Below, piece after piece: positions 13,643-27,000 of a stretch of 64,000 bases of DNA. The translations under genes were made by a program, and so were the position numbers. Source of the stretch: Tubulanus polymorphus (Eukaryota > Animalia > Nemertea); the NCBI RefSeq assembly GCF_964204645.1, contig NC_134032.1:16294275-16358274 (forward strand), in the 5' to 3' direction. Numbering within the stretch: the first letter of the stretch is position 1; each line of letters begins with the position of its first letter. The notes beneath the pieces were generated by a model. It searched no databases and had not been told where the DNA came from. It saw only the letters and a program-made list of their open reading frames with translations.

Positions 13643-14576
13643 TTCTTAGTCGTTGCAAAAGTTCTTCAAAAACATGCATAACGGGCGACCAATATGTGAC
13701 CAAAGTTTAATTTGTATATTATTTATCAATTATTTTATATTCTAATTTTTCAGTTTGAGAATTTTTAGAAGTTCTTTTTTCAAATGCAACAGTTTGAGAA
13801 CTTTAAGAAGTTCTTTTTTCAAATGCATCTTACGACAATTTGCGAACTTTAAGAAGTTCTTTTATCAAATGCATCTTATTACAGATTGAGAACTTTAACA
13901 AGTTCTTTCAATTACACCATAAACTAAGAACTTAAAGGATTCTATATTTTTCTAATTTTTCAATTTTTTTTTTGATGAATGCCATGAATCGTTGCGATAG
14001 GAATCGCACCCGCAAATAAATTGGATGAAATGAGATCAGATTTTTAAAGATTTTATAATGTTTTGTTTTGTTTTTAATTTTTTAATTTTTTTTGGATGAA
14101 TGACATGAATGGGTGCGATAGGAAACATAAACAGAAGGAACCAGGCCCAATTCCCGGCCACCTTCATACTGGACGTTGACTCAAAAACGTCCTTAAAAGA
14201 AAATTTAAAATGAGGGCAGTTTAAAGTCATACCCAGGACAAATTTCAAAAGCGAAGTCGAATTAACCCTTTAAAGCCCAGACACTCTAGGAAACTTATCA
14301 AAGGTGAGTGTGTGATGGCACCTTTCCCATCACCTGCCTTTGATAAGCTCCCAGAGCGAGCACCTTTAGGAGCCAACGCCCAGTATGCTGGGCGGGAAAC
14401 AGAAACGGGAAGGAAACAGGCCCAATTCCCGGCCACCTTCATACTGGACGTTGAGTCAAAAAGGTGCTTTGGGCTTTAAAGAGTTAAATCGACACGCCTT
14501 AGAAATGAGTTAAAATCAGGGCAGTTTAAAGTCGTACCCAGGACGAATTCACCAGCCAAATCAAACCCATACAACA

Positions 14577-14872
14577 ATGTACAGTTAAAACTATGTACAG
14601 TTAAAACTATATACAATTGAAACTATGTACAGTTAAAACTATGTACAGTTAAAATTATATACAGTTAAAACTATGTACAATTAAAACTATGTACAGTTAA
14701 AACTATGTACAATTAAAACTATGTACAATTAAAACTATGTACAGTTAAAACTATATACAATTAAAACTATGTACAATTTAAACTATGTACAGTTAAAACT
14801 ATGTACAATTAAAACTATGTACAATTAAAACTATGTACAGTTAAAACTATGTACAATTAAAACTATGTACAA
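14577..14872. repeat. 16-bp minisatellite
   Basis: TGTACARTTAAAACTA; the same family recurs at 17010-17460. Confidence 0.95.
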
Positions 14873-15334
14873 GTCAGGGCAGTTTAACGTCATACCCCAG
14901 GACAAATTCACCCGTAGAACTGGTCCCAGAGTCAAAGCAAACCCAAACAACTGTGTGATTGGATCCAGACTCAAATCGAAACCAGAGAGAGTTAGTCACA
15001 ACCAGAAAACTGTGGAACTGAATCCCGACACAGGCAGCCAGTAACAACAGAACCATCGCGTCCTGTAAGCTACAAACTAATAAAAGTTTCCAATAAAAAA
15101 TCACTCAAGTCGGTTAAAAGCTTACTCCAGACTAGATAAGCCTTCGAGATAGAAAGTGAAGACCAACTCAGAATTAAAATCTGAGTTTAAAGAATGCCTC
15201 AAACACGTGCGATCAATTGATCTAACAAAAAGCCAGGGTTATACCATAGTTAACATAGACAGTAATATCACCTCACCCATGTGCAGGATGATATCTGTCC
15301 ACCTGTACAGTGTTCACCTGTACAGTGTTCTACA

Positions 15335-16414
15335 GTAATACCGGTCCGAACTAACAACTACGTTCAATCATCTAGTAATACCGGTCCGAACTAACTACCA
15401 CGTTCAATCATCTAGTTATACCGGTCCGAACTAACTACCACGTTCAATCATCTAGTAATACCGGTCCGAACTAACAACCACGTTCAATCATCTAGTAATA
15501 CCGGTACGAACTAACTACTACGTTCAATCATCTAGTAATACCGGTCCGAACTAACAACCACGTTCAATCATCTAGTAATACCGGTACGAACTAACTACCA
15601 CGTTCAATCATCTAGTAATACCGGTCCGAACTAACTACCACGTTCAATCATCTAGTAATACCGGTCCGAACTAACTACCACGTTCAATCATCTAGTAATA
15701 CCGGTCCGAACTAACTACCACGTTCAATCATCTAGTTATACCGGTCCGAACTAACTACCACGTTCAATCATCTAGTAATACCGGTCCGAACTAACAACCA
15801 CGTTCAATCATCTAGTAATACCGGTACGAACTAACTACTACGTTCAATCATCTAGTAATACCGGTCCGAACTAACAACCACGTTCAATCATCTAGTAATA
15901 CCGGTACGAACTAACTACCACGTTCAATCATCTAGTAATACCGGTCCGAACTAACTACCACGTTCAATCATCTAGTAATACCGGTCCGAACTAACTACCA
16001 CGTTCAATCATCTAGTAATACCGGTCCGAACTAACTACCACGTACAATCATCTAGTAATACCGGTACGAACTAACTACCACGTTCAATCATCTAGTAATA
16101 CTGGTCCGAACTAACTACTACGTTCAATCATCTAGTAATACCGGTCCGAACTAACAACTACGTTCAACCATCTAGTAATACCGGTCCGAACTAACTACCA
16201 CGTTCAATCATCTAGTAATACCGGTCCGAACTAACTACTACGTTCAATCATCTAGTAATACCGGTCCGAACTAACTACCACGTTCAATCATCTAGTAATA
16301 CCGGTACGTACTAACTACCACGTTAAATCATCTAGTAATACCGGTCCGAACTAACTACTACGTTCAATCATCTAGTAATACCGGTCCGAACTAACTACCA
16401 CGTACAATCATCTA
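15335..16414. repeat. 40-bp minisatellite, about 27 copies
   Basis: GTAATACCGGTCCGAACTAACTACCACGTTCAATCATCTA. Confidence 0.97.
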
Positions 16415-16544
16415 TCAGCCATAGAAATACAACCAGACAACGAGCGGCGAACGGGTTAAACAAGCAGGCTTAACGAACAGCCTTCACGAGTGGGCTTAAT
16501 GAGTGAGCATAACCAGCCGGCTTAATGAACAGGCTTAACGAGCC

Positions 16545-16793
<249 letters not shown>

Positions 16794-17009
16794 AGTGGGT
16801 TAGAGAAAGAGGGAGAGTTAGTGGGTTAGAGAAAGAGGGAGAGAAAGAGAGAGGTAGAAAAAGAGAGAGAGAGGAAGAAAAAAGAAAAAGAGAAAGAGAG
16901 ATGTAGAAAAAGAGAGGGGGACCTGTATGTATATATATACATATATATGTTCATTAAGATGGTCACCATAGACACAAAGTGGAGGGAGAATTAAAAAGAA
17001 CCTATATAC

Positions 17010-17460
17010 ACTATACAACTAAAACTATATACAACTAAAACTATATACAACTAAAACTATATACAACTAACACTATATACAGTTAAAACTATGTACAGTT
17101 AAAACTATATACAACTAAAACTATGTACAACTAAAACTATGTACAACTAAAACTATATACAGTTGAAACTATATACAATTAATACTATCTACAGTTAAAA
17201 CTATGTACAACTAAAACTATATACAATTGAAACTATATACAATTAAAACTATGTACAGTTAAAACTATGTACAATTAAAACTATATACAATTAAAACTAT
17301 ATACAATTAAAATTATATACAATTAAAACTATATACAATTAAAACTATGTACAGTTAAAACTATGTACAGTTAAAACTATATACAATTAAAACTTTGTAC
17401 AGTTTAAACTTTGTACAATTAAAACTTTGTACAATTAAAATTATATACAATCAAAACTAT
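17010..17460. repeat. 16-bp minisatellite, about 28 copies
   Basis: TATACAAYTAAAACTA variants. Confidence 0.95.
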
Positions 17461-18966
17461 TAAACGCACCGAACTGTGGAACTGAGTCCAAGTGTAATTA
17501 AACGCACCGAACTGTGGAACTGAGTCCAGGTGTAATCAAACGCATCGAACTGTGGAACTGGATCCAGGTGTAATTAAACGCACCGAACTGTGGAACTGAG
17601 TCCAGGTGTAATTAAACGCACCGAACTGTGGAACTGAGTCCACGTGTAATTAAACGCACCGAACTGTGGAACTGAGTCCAAGTGTAATTAAACGCACCGA
17701 ACTGTGGAACTGAGTCCAGGTGTAATTAAACGCACCGAACTGTGGAACTGAGTCCACGTGTAATTAAACGCACCGAACTGTGGATCTGAGTCCAGGTGTA
17801 ATTAAACGCAACGAACTGTGGAACTGAGTCCATGTGTAATTAAACGCACCGAACTGTGGAACTGAGTCCAGGTGTAATCAAACGCATCGAACTGTGGAAC
17901 TGGATCCAGGTGTAATTAAACGCACCGAACTGTGGAACTGAGTCCAGGTGTAATTAAACGCATCGAACTGTGGAACTGAGTCCACGTGTAATTAAACGCA
18001 CCGAACTGTGGAACTGAGTCCAGGTGTAATTAAACGCATCGAACTGTGGAACTGAGTCCAGGTGTAATTAAACGCATCGAACTGTGGAACTGGATCCAGG
18101 TGTAATTAAACGCACCAAACTGTGGAACTGAGTCCAGCTGAAATTAAACGCATCGAACTGTGGAACTGAGTCCACGTGTAATTAAACGCATCAAACTGTG
18201 GAACTGGGTCCACGTGTAATTAAACGCACCAAACTGTGGAACTGAGTCCAGGTGTAATTAAACGCATCGAACTGTGGAACTGAGTCCAGGTGTAATTAAA
18301 CGCACCGAACTGTGGAACTGAGTCCAGGTATAATTAAACGCATCGAACTGTGGAACTGAGTCCAGCTGAAATTAAACGCATCGAACTGTGGAACTGAGTC
18401 CACGTGTAATTAAACGCATCAAACTGTGGAACTGAGTCCACGTGTAATTAAACGCATCGAACTGTGGAACTGAGTCCAGCTGAAATTAAACGCATCGAAC
18501 TGTGGAACTGAGTCCACGTGTAATTAAACGCATCCAACTGTGGAACTGAGTCCACGTGTAATTAAACGCACCGAACTGTGGAACTGAGTCCAGGTGTAAT
18601 TAAACGCACCGAACTGTGGAACTGAGTCCAGGTGTAATTAAACGCACCGAACTGTGGAACTGAGTCCAGGTGTAATTAAACGCACCGAACTGTGGAACTG
18701 GATCCAGGTGTAATTAAACGCATCGAACTGTGGAACTGAGTCCACGTGTAATTAAACGCATCAAACTGTGGAACTGAGTCCACGTGTAATTAAACGCATC
18801 GAACTGTGGAACTGAGTCCAGCTGAAATTAAACGCATCGAACTGTGGAACTGAGTCCACGTGTAATTAAACGCATCCAACTGTGGAACTGAGTCCAGGTA
18901 TAATTAAACGCACCGAACTGTGGAACTGAGTCCACGTGTAATTAAACGCACTGAACTGTGGAACTG
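17459..18966. repeat. 38/39-bp minisatellite, about 39 copies, containing a MITE TIR
   Basis: GTGTAATTAAACGCACCGAACTGTGGAACTGAGTCCAG. Confidence 0.97.
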
Positions 18967-19076
18967 TAGAACGCTGTTGAAGCTGTTGTGTTATTCATTT
19001 GGGTATATGTTATAATTGATTTTTTTTCAGTGAAGGCATATTAGGTGCACATGAACGTCTCATGCGTTCAAGGCAC

Positions 19077-19463
19077 CTAATATCCCTTCACTGAAAGAAT
19101 ATTTTTCAAATCAGTCAACAAATCCGGAATTGTCCCAGAACGCAGCCGCTCCTCCCACATTCCATCCGTATGCCGGGCCACCACCTCTACCTCTCGGGCC
19201 ACTCGATCACTCGCCAGCTTTTTGGCGAGTGACCGAGTGACCGCCCGAGATACGGATGGAGGAGCAGGAGGAGCAGGACCCGCACCATCCCCAGCCCCAC
19301 CACCATCCCTCCTCGGCCTCTTCCTATTTATTCTTACCCCTTCCTCCTGATTGCCTTGATCAGCCACACCATCCGCAGGGGCAACTCTTGCCTCCCCTCC
19401 CTGAGGAGCCACGACGACCGCAACTTTTCTTTTTCTTTTAGTTTTTTTGGGCGGTGGTCGTGT
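19077..19463 (-). CDS. Orphan gene last exon TRPPPKKTKRKRKV...LSVKGY*
   Basis: tttacAG acceptor, phase 0, 387 nt to TAG; includes ORF 19077-19412. Confidence 0.75.
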   Translation of the reverse strand, partial: TRPPPKKTKRKRKVAVVVAPQGGEARVAPADGVADQGNQEEGVRINRKRPRRDGGGAGDGAGPAPPAPPSVSRAVTRSLAKKLASDRVAREVEVVARHTDGMWEERLRSGTIPDLLTDLKNILSVKGY

Positions 19464-21047
19464 CTGTAAAGAGAAAAAATAAAAAATTTGTTTAGCATAA
19501 AATTAAATATCAGTATTAAAAATCAAAATGAGAAAACCAGCGATTCAACAAATAAACACCTATACGTAATTAAGATATTTGGCAATTGGCCGGGGGGGGA
19601 GAGGTGCGGGGAGGTGGGGAGTTTTAATACTGGGCTGTCATGTGATACAAATATCAGAAGTCTACAGCCTTCTTGTAAAAGTCGGCCTCTGCACACGGGC
19701 CACGGTGCCGAACTCATCAACCGAGTTGCCCCGATGACAAAATCGGATTTTGTTTGTCAGGAAATATTGGAAATCATATTCAGAGACGTGTCATGCATGC
19801 AATCTTCATTGAGAGGCTAGAGGAGTATTTCAGCCAATCACCAGTCGGACGGCATGACTCCGCAGATGGCGCTGATCGGCGAAAATATCCGTTATTCGAA
19901 AAAAAATTACTCGGATCGAAACGGTTTTACGTGGAAATCTATAATTCCATTAATAGGTTTTTGTTGAATTTGTTGCTAACTAGACGTATAGGATTATAGA
20001 ATATTTACTGAACAACTGAATTCTGAGTTGAGTGATAACTGTGCAGACTCAAAACATTGAATTCAATTCATCTTACAAACTCTAATAGAATATGATAAAA
20101 TAAATTCAGATTCTTACCTCCGTCAGATCTCCTTCAGACAGCCGTCCCCGGACTCTATCCGACCATCTTTTGGCACCCGGGGGCGGCTGTCTGATAGGCC
20201 GCTGCTGAGGCGAATTCCCGGGACGTTGTGGGGGAGGGGCAGCAGCGGGCAACAAAGGATTCACCGGTGGTGGGATCCTATCTGGTACCAAGTTTCGCGC
20301 AAAATCCTCGACAGGCCCCCTAAAGGGGCACTCCTGTAGAATATCTACGACTGTAAAATAGAAAGAGAGAAATACATTAAACAACGAGTCGAAGGGTTTC
20401 AAACGCTGTAAATATGAATATTATCCCACCAGGGGGCGTCTGACACTATTAAAATGTTATATCAATAGTTATTGCGTTGATTTAGCCGCAATCGCTGATC
20501 AGATTGTTTATTGTTTTTGGAATAACTAGGAAAAGATCAGTAATTTAAACGGTTTTACTTTGTTGTAAGGTTGCATGATTAATATTGGTTCATAATGATT
20601 CAACGAAAAATGTAGTTTTTCTAACTGAAACGTGAATTGTTTGTCTCGCTACGAGCAAATTGAGTATCAGAGATTCTGAACTTTGTGGGGCTAATAATTG
20701 GTTGAATATTTTGACTAGATTTTGAGATATCAGGTGACACTCTTATAGCTGCCCTTAAGGATATTGTATGAAAATAGTTGAACTACTTACACTCAGGTAG
20801 AAATAATCTGACGAACTCCTCTCGCCGGAACGCACGTCGAATACGAAATGCAAGTGCTGTAAAAACAATAATACAATTCATTAAAATCACATACATTGAT
20901 TACAAAACTAGTTTGAATTCTAAAGCAGTTTGTCATAGGTGAACTGTGGATCCTGAAACAGAACCCCGCCGGGTCCAGTGCCGGAACAACGATTCTGTTC
21001 TTCTAACTCTATCGAGGAGGTTGCCCCAAAACAGAGCAGATCCATCG

Positions 21048-21094
<47 letters not shown>

Positions 21095-24000
21095 CGACCT
21101 GAGATCTGTCTGTAATTAGCTGTAAATTTGTCATTTATTTATCCGTCACTCCGTGCATATAGTTCACATACAACCCGTGCGGTGGCGCTATTTATGATGT
21201 TATCTATGACAATCAACACAAGCACGTGTGCGCGCTAGTACATGGAGCCTATGCATAATTGATAAAATAAACATTGATTGTTCACTGTATTCACAGACCT
21301 ACGGCACTATTATTTTTAAGATTTCGTTAGCAATTCACTACTTTTCTAAAAATCACTATTTTTGATTTAATGGTTTAAATTCTCTCTCTTATCATCAGAG
21401 CATCAGAAAATTGACTATTTTTTTACTAAAAATCATTATTTTTGATTTAACAGTTTAAATTCTCTCTCTTTTCATCAGAGCATCAGAAAATTCACTATTT
21501 TTTTACTAAAAATTATTATTTTTGATTTATCGGTTTAAATTCTCTCTCTCTTTACAGAGAATCAGAAAATTCACTATTTTTTACTAAAAATTATTATTTT
21601 TGATTTATCGGTTTAAATTCTCTCTCTTTTCATCAGAGCATCAGAAAATTCACTATTTTTTACTAAAAATTATTATTTTTGATTTATCGGTTTCAATTCT
21701 CTCTCTTTTCATCAGAGCATCAGAAAATTAACTATTTTTCTAAAAAGCACTATTTTTGATTTAACGGTTTAAATTCACTATTTTTTTTAACTAAAATTCA
21801 CTATTTTTGATTTAATGGTTTAAATTCTCTCTCTTTTCATCAGAGCATCAGAAAATTCACTATTTTTTTACAAAAAATTATTATTTTTGATTTATCGGTT
21901 TCAATTCTCTCTCTTTTCATCAGAGCATCAGAAAATTCACTATTTTTTTACTAAAAATTATTATTTTTGATTTAACAGTTTAAATTCTCTCTCTTTTCAT
22001 CAGAGCATCAGAAAATTCACTATTTTTTTACTAAAAATTATTATTTTTGATTTATCGGTTTCAATTCTCTCTCTTTTCATCAGAGCATCAGAAAATTCAC
22101 TATTTTTTTACTAAAAATTATTATTTTTGATTTAACAGTTTAAATTCTCTCTCTTTTCATCAGAGCATCAGAAAATTCACTATTTTTTTACTAAAAATTA
22201 TTATTTTTGATTTATCGGTTTCAATTCTCTCTCTTTTCATCAGAGCATCAGAAAATTCACTATTTTTTTACTAAAAATTATTATTTTTGATTTATCGGTT
22301 TAAATTCTCTCTCTCTTTACAGAGAATCAGAAAATTCACTATTTTTTACTAAAAATTATTATTTTTGATTTATCGGTTTAAATTCTCTCTCTTTTCATCA
22401 GAGCATCAGAAAATTCACTATTTTTTACTAAAAATTATTATTTTTGATTTATCGGTTTAAATTCTCTCTCTTTTCATCAGAGCATCAGAAAATTCACTAT
22501 TTTTTTACTAAAAATTATTATTTTTGATTTATCGGTTTCAATTCTCTCTCTTTTCATCAGAGCATCAGAAAATTCACTATTTTTTTACTAAAAATTATTA
22601 TTTTTGATTTAACAGTTTAAATTCTCTCTCTTTTCATCAGAGCATCAGAAAATTCACTATTTTTTTACTAAAAATTATTATTTTTGATTTAACGGTTTAA
22701 ATTCTCTCTCTTTTCATCAGAGCATCAGAAAATTCACTATTTTTTTACTAAAAATTATTATTTTTGATTTAACGGTTTAAATTCTCTCTCTTTTCATCAG
22801 AGCATCAGAAAATTCACTATTTTTTTACTAAAAATTATTATTTTTGATTTAACGGTTTAAATTCTCTCTCTTTTCATCATGTTCTTCTAGTTCTTTTAAG
22901 GTTGCAGCAAAACAGAGCAAATTAATCAGGTTAATTCTGAATGTTTAAAACTCAAGGAAATTTGGGAATTTAATGGCAGTAAATGGTATTTCGGGCCATC
23001 CTATTGTAATTGATATTGCTCCCCTGCCAGTGGTGGTTCACCTGCCAGTTAAAATAAGTGTCATTTGAAAAAGTTGATAATTATTTAACTGGTCCAAGCA
23101 AATACCGGCAAATAAAAATCTAAACAAGAACAAATTGACTAAAATGGACTAAATTTTGGTCAGTGTCAATTTGTAATGAAATGTCTTTTATTAGAACATT
23201 CTTTAAAACTCAACAAATGATTTCAGGGATGAGATGAGGCACATTTTTTTCATATTGCTATTTCTACCTTTTGGCATTTCTTCACACATAACACAAAAAT
23301 ATTTCATGCAAGAATTGCATAGTTAAACATGTTTATGACAAAGTTACAATTATGACCTGTAATTAGGGTACTATAAAAATCAGTGACTGACACTAACCTA
23401 CGAACACATGTACATGAACTACAAACATGTACATGTACTCCAAACATGTGCATGTACTATGAACATGTACCTGTACTATGAACTTTCTTGGGTCAAATCA
23501 GAGATAGATAAATACATACAGCCTGTGAGGAAAACTATGTAGGAAACACAAGACTTTTCAAAAATCAAAGTTTCCAAAATTTTCAGATTTTTCAATCAAA
23601 ACTACTGTTCAGATATGTTCATGTTTTTTTTCATATTTTTCCCAGGAATCTCCTCATCGCTGTGATTTTGATAGATCCTGAGCAAGTGTATCAAAGCCAG
23701 TTACAATCTAGCGTGAAGGCCGCCTCAACAACTACACCGCGACAATTCATTGGTTACGCCAGAAACTTTACCCAACTATTAGATATCGGCATCAAAGCCT
23801 AAAAATCTCACAATGAAAATGAGATTAAACAGACCAGTGTTACGTGTAAAAGCCGGCCGGCCACAACGTCAAAGCCACTCTTAAGCTAAAGCTAGGGGCA
23901 CACGAGCTATAAAGCTTAAGCCAGGGGCACACGAGCTATAAAGCTAAAGCTAGGGGCACACGAGCTATAAAGCTTAAGCTAGGGGCACACGAGCTTTAAA

Positions 24001-27000
24001 GCTAAAGCTAGGGGCACACGAGCTATAAAGCTAAAGCTAGGGGCACACGAGCTATAAAGCTTAAGCTAGGGGCACACGAGCTATAAAGCTAAAGCTAGGG
24101 GCACACGAGCTATAAAGCTAAAGCTAGGGGCACACGAGCTATAAAGCTAAAGCTAGGGGCACACGAGCTATAAAGCTTAAGCTAGGGGCACACGAGCTTT
24201 AAAGCTAAAGCTAGGGGCACACGAGCTATAAAGCTTAAGCTAGGGGCACACGAGCTATAAAGCTAAAGCTAGGGGCACACGAGCTATAAAGCTTAAGCTA
24301 GGGGCACACAGCTATAAAGCTAAAGCTAGGGGCACACAGCTATAAAGCTAAAGCTAGGGGCACACAGCTATAAAGCTTAGGCTAGGGGCACACGAGCTAT
24401 AAAGCTAAAGCTAGGGGCACACGAGCTATAAAGCTTAAGCTAGGGGCACACGAGCTTTAAAGCTAAAGCTAGGGGCACACGAGCTATAAAGCTTAAGCTA
24501 GGGGCACACGAGCTATAAAGCTAAAGCTAGGGGCACACGAGCTATAAAGCTTAAGCTAGGGGCACACAGCTATAAAGCTAAAGCTAGGGGCACACAGCTA
24601 TAAAGCTAAAGCTAGGGGCACACGAGCTATAAAGCTTAGGCTAGGGGCACACGAGCTATAAAGCTAAAGCTAGGGGCACATGAGCTATGAAGCTTAAGGT
24701 AGGGGCACACAGCTATAAAGCTAAAGCTAGGGGCACACAGCTATAAAGCTAAAGCTAGGGGCACACGAGCTATAAAGCTTAGGCTAGGGGCACACGAGCT
24801 ATAAAGCTAAAGCTAGGGGCACATGAGCTATGAAGCTTAAGGTAGGGGCACACAGCTATAAAGCTAAAGCTAGGGGCACACAGCTATAAAGCTAAAGCTA
24901 GGGGCACATGAGCTACGATTAACAATCTTCAAGTTGTTTGTAGTCCAACTGACTAACTTTACTCACAAATGACGCCGTGCATCAAGATGGGATTTTTGAC
25001 ACCGTAGAACATCCTTATCATTTTTCTTTTTAAGTTTAGTCGATGTTAATCGGATGAGAATTTTATCTAGTTCATAACTTTTAAAGAGGGCAATAATACA
25101 TTCGACGATGAACCGGTTTACTCAACTGAAAGACGCTAGCTGCCTACGCGCTTGAATAAGTGCCAGTCTTATCGCTAAGCCTCGTATTATAACCAACAAT
25201 GAAAGGAACCGAGATTTTCTAAGATTTTAAATTTTTTAACGTTATTACGAAAAATAAACCTACGAAAGTGATGTAATTTCGTTGACAAGAAGTTAAGCAA
25301 GAAAGCTAGCGACGATGAAAATGAACTCTAATGATTCCATAAAAATTTGATGGATTAAAGCTAAAAAATGATATCGTACATTGTCTTTACCAAGCCTGTC
25401 ATAGAGTTATGATAACTGGTCATTTTAACAAAATAAAAATAGATTGAATGCTATGAAATTGAATTTAAAGAATGAACTTACTACGAGCTTGAAGTGCTGG
25501 AGGCGTCTCCGGCGGGAGGAGTGGTCCACTGTCGTCGAAACTCTGTAAATAGTAATAATTTAATAATTAAAATTGGAAAAGCGGCCGCTAACTACAGCAG
25601 TAGTTCACAGAAATACTGAAATGAACAAGGTCTGAGAAATAAATCATATTAAGATCATCATACAATTTGTCGGGGCATTGGCACCTACACTGTGGCGCAT
25701 GTTACCTATAACTGATAGTGGACGCCACCTACACCGTGGCGCGTGTTATCTATAACTGATAGTGAACGCCACCTACACTGTGGCGCGTGTTATCTAAAAC
25801 TGATAGTGAACGCCACCTACACTGTGGCGCGTGTTATCTATAACTGATAGTGAACGCCACCTACACTGTGGCGCGTGTTATCTAAAACTGATAGTGAACG
25901 CCACCTACACCGTGGCGCGTGTTATCTAAAACTGATAGTGAACGCCACCTACACTGTGGCGCGTGTTATCTAAAACTGATAGTAAACGCCACCTACACCA
26001 TGGCGCGTGTTATCTATATCTGATAGTGAACGCCACCTACACCGTGGCGCGTGTTATCTATAACTGATAGTGAACGCCACCTACACTGTGACGCGTGTTA
26101 TCTATAACTGATAGTGAACGCCACCTACACTGTGGCGCGTGTTATCTATAACTGATAATGAACGCCACCTACACTGTGGCGCGTGTTATCTATAACTGAT
26201 AGTGAACGCCACCTACACTGTGGCGCGTGTTATCTATAACTGATAGTGAACGCCACCTACACTGTGGCGCGTGTTATCTATAACTGATAGTGAACGCCAC
26301 CTACACCGTGGCGCGTGTTATCTATAACTGATAGTGAACGCCACCTACACTGTGGCGCGTGTTATCTATAACTGATAGTGAACGCCACCTACACCATGGC
26401 GCGTGTTATCTATAACTGATAGTGAACGCCACCTACACCGTGGCGCGTGTTATCTATAACTGATAGTGAACGCCACCTACACTGTGACGCGTGTTATCTA
26501 TAACTGATAGTGAACGCCACCTACACTGTGGCGCGTGTTATCTATAACTGATAGTGAACGCCACCTACACCGTGGCGCGTGTTATCTATAACTGATAGTG
26601 AACGCCACCTACACTGTGACGCGTGTTATCTATAACTGATAGTGAACGCCACCTACACCGTGGCGCGTGTTATCTATAACTGATAGTGAACGCCACCTAC
26701 ACTGTGACGCGTATTATCTATAACTGATAGTGAACGCCACCTACACCGTGGCGCGTGTTATCTATAACTGATAGTGAACGCCACCTACACCGTGACGCGT
26801 GTTATCTATAACTGATAGTGAACGCCACCTACACTGTGGCACGTGTTATCTATAACTGATAGTGAACGCCACCTACACCGTGGCGCGTGTTATCTATAAC
26901 TGATAGTGAACGCCACCTACACTGTGACGCGTGTTATCTATAACTGATAGTGAACGCCACCTACACCGTGGCGCGTGTTATCTATAACTGATAGTGAACG

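Noticed and set aside
12669-13703. ORFs of 79-187 aa on both strands
   Set aside because: They arise from repeat units that are multiples of 3 and are open in several frames; no independent coding evidence.
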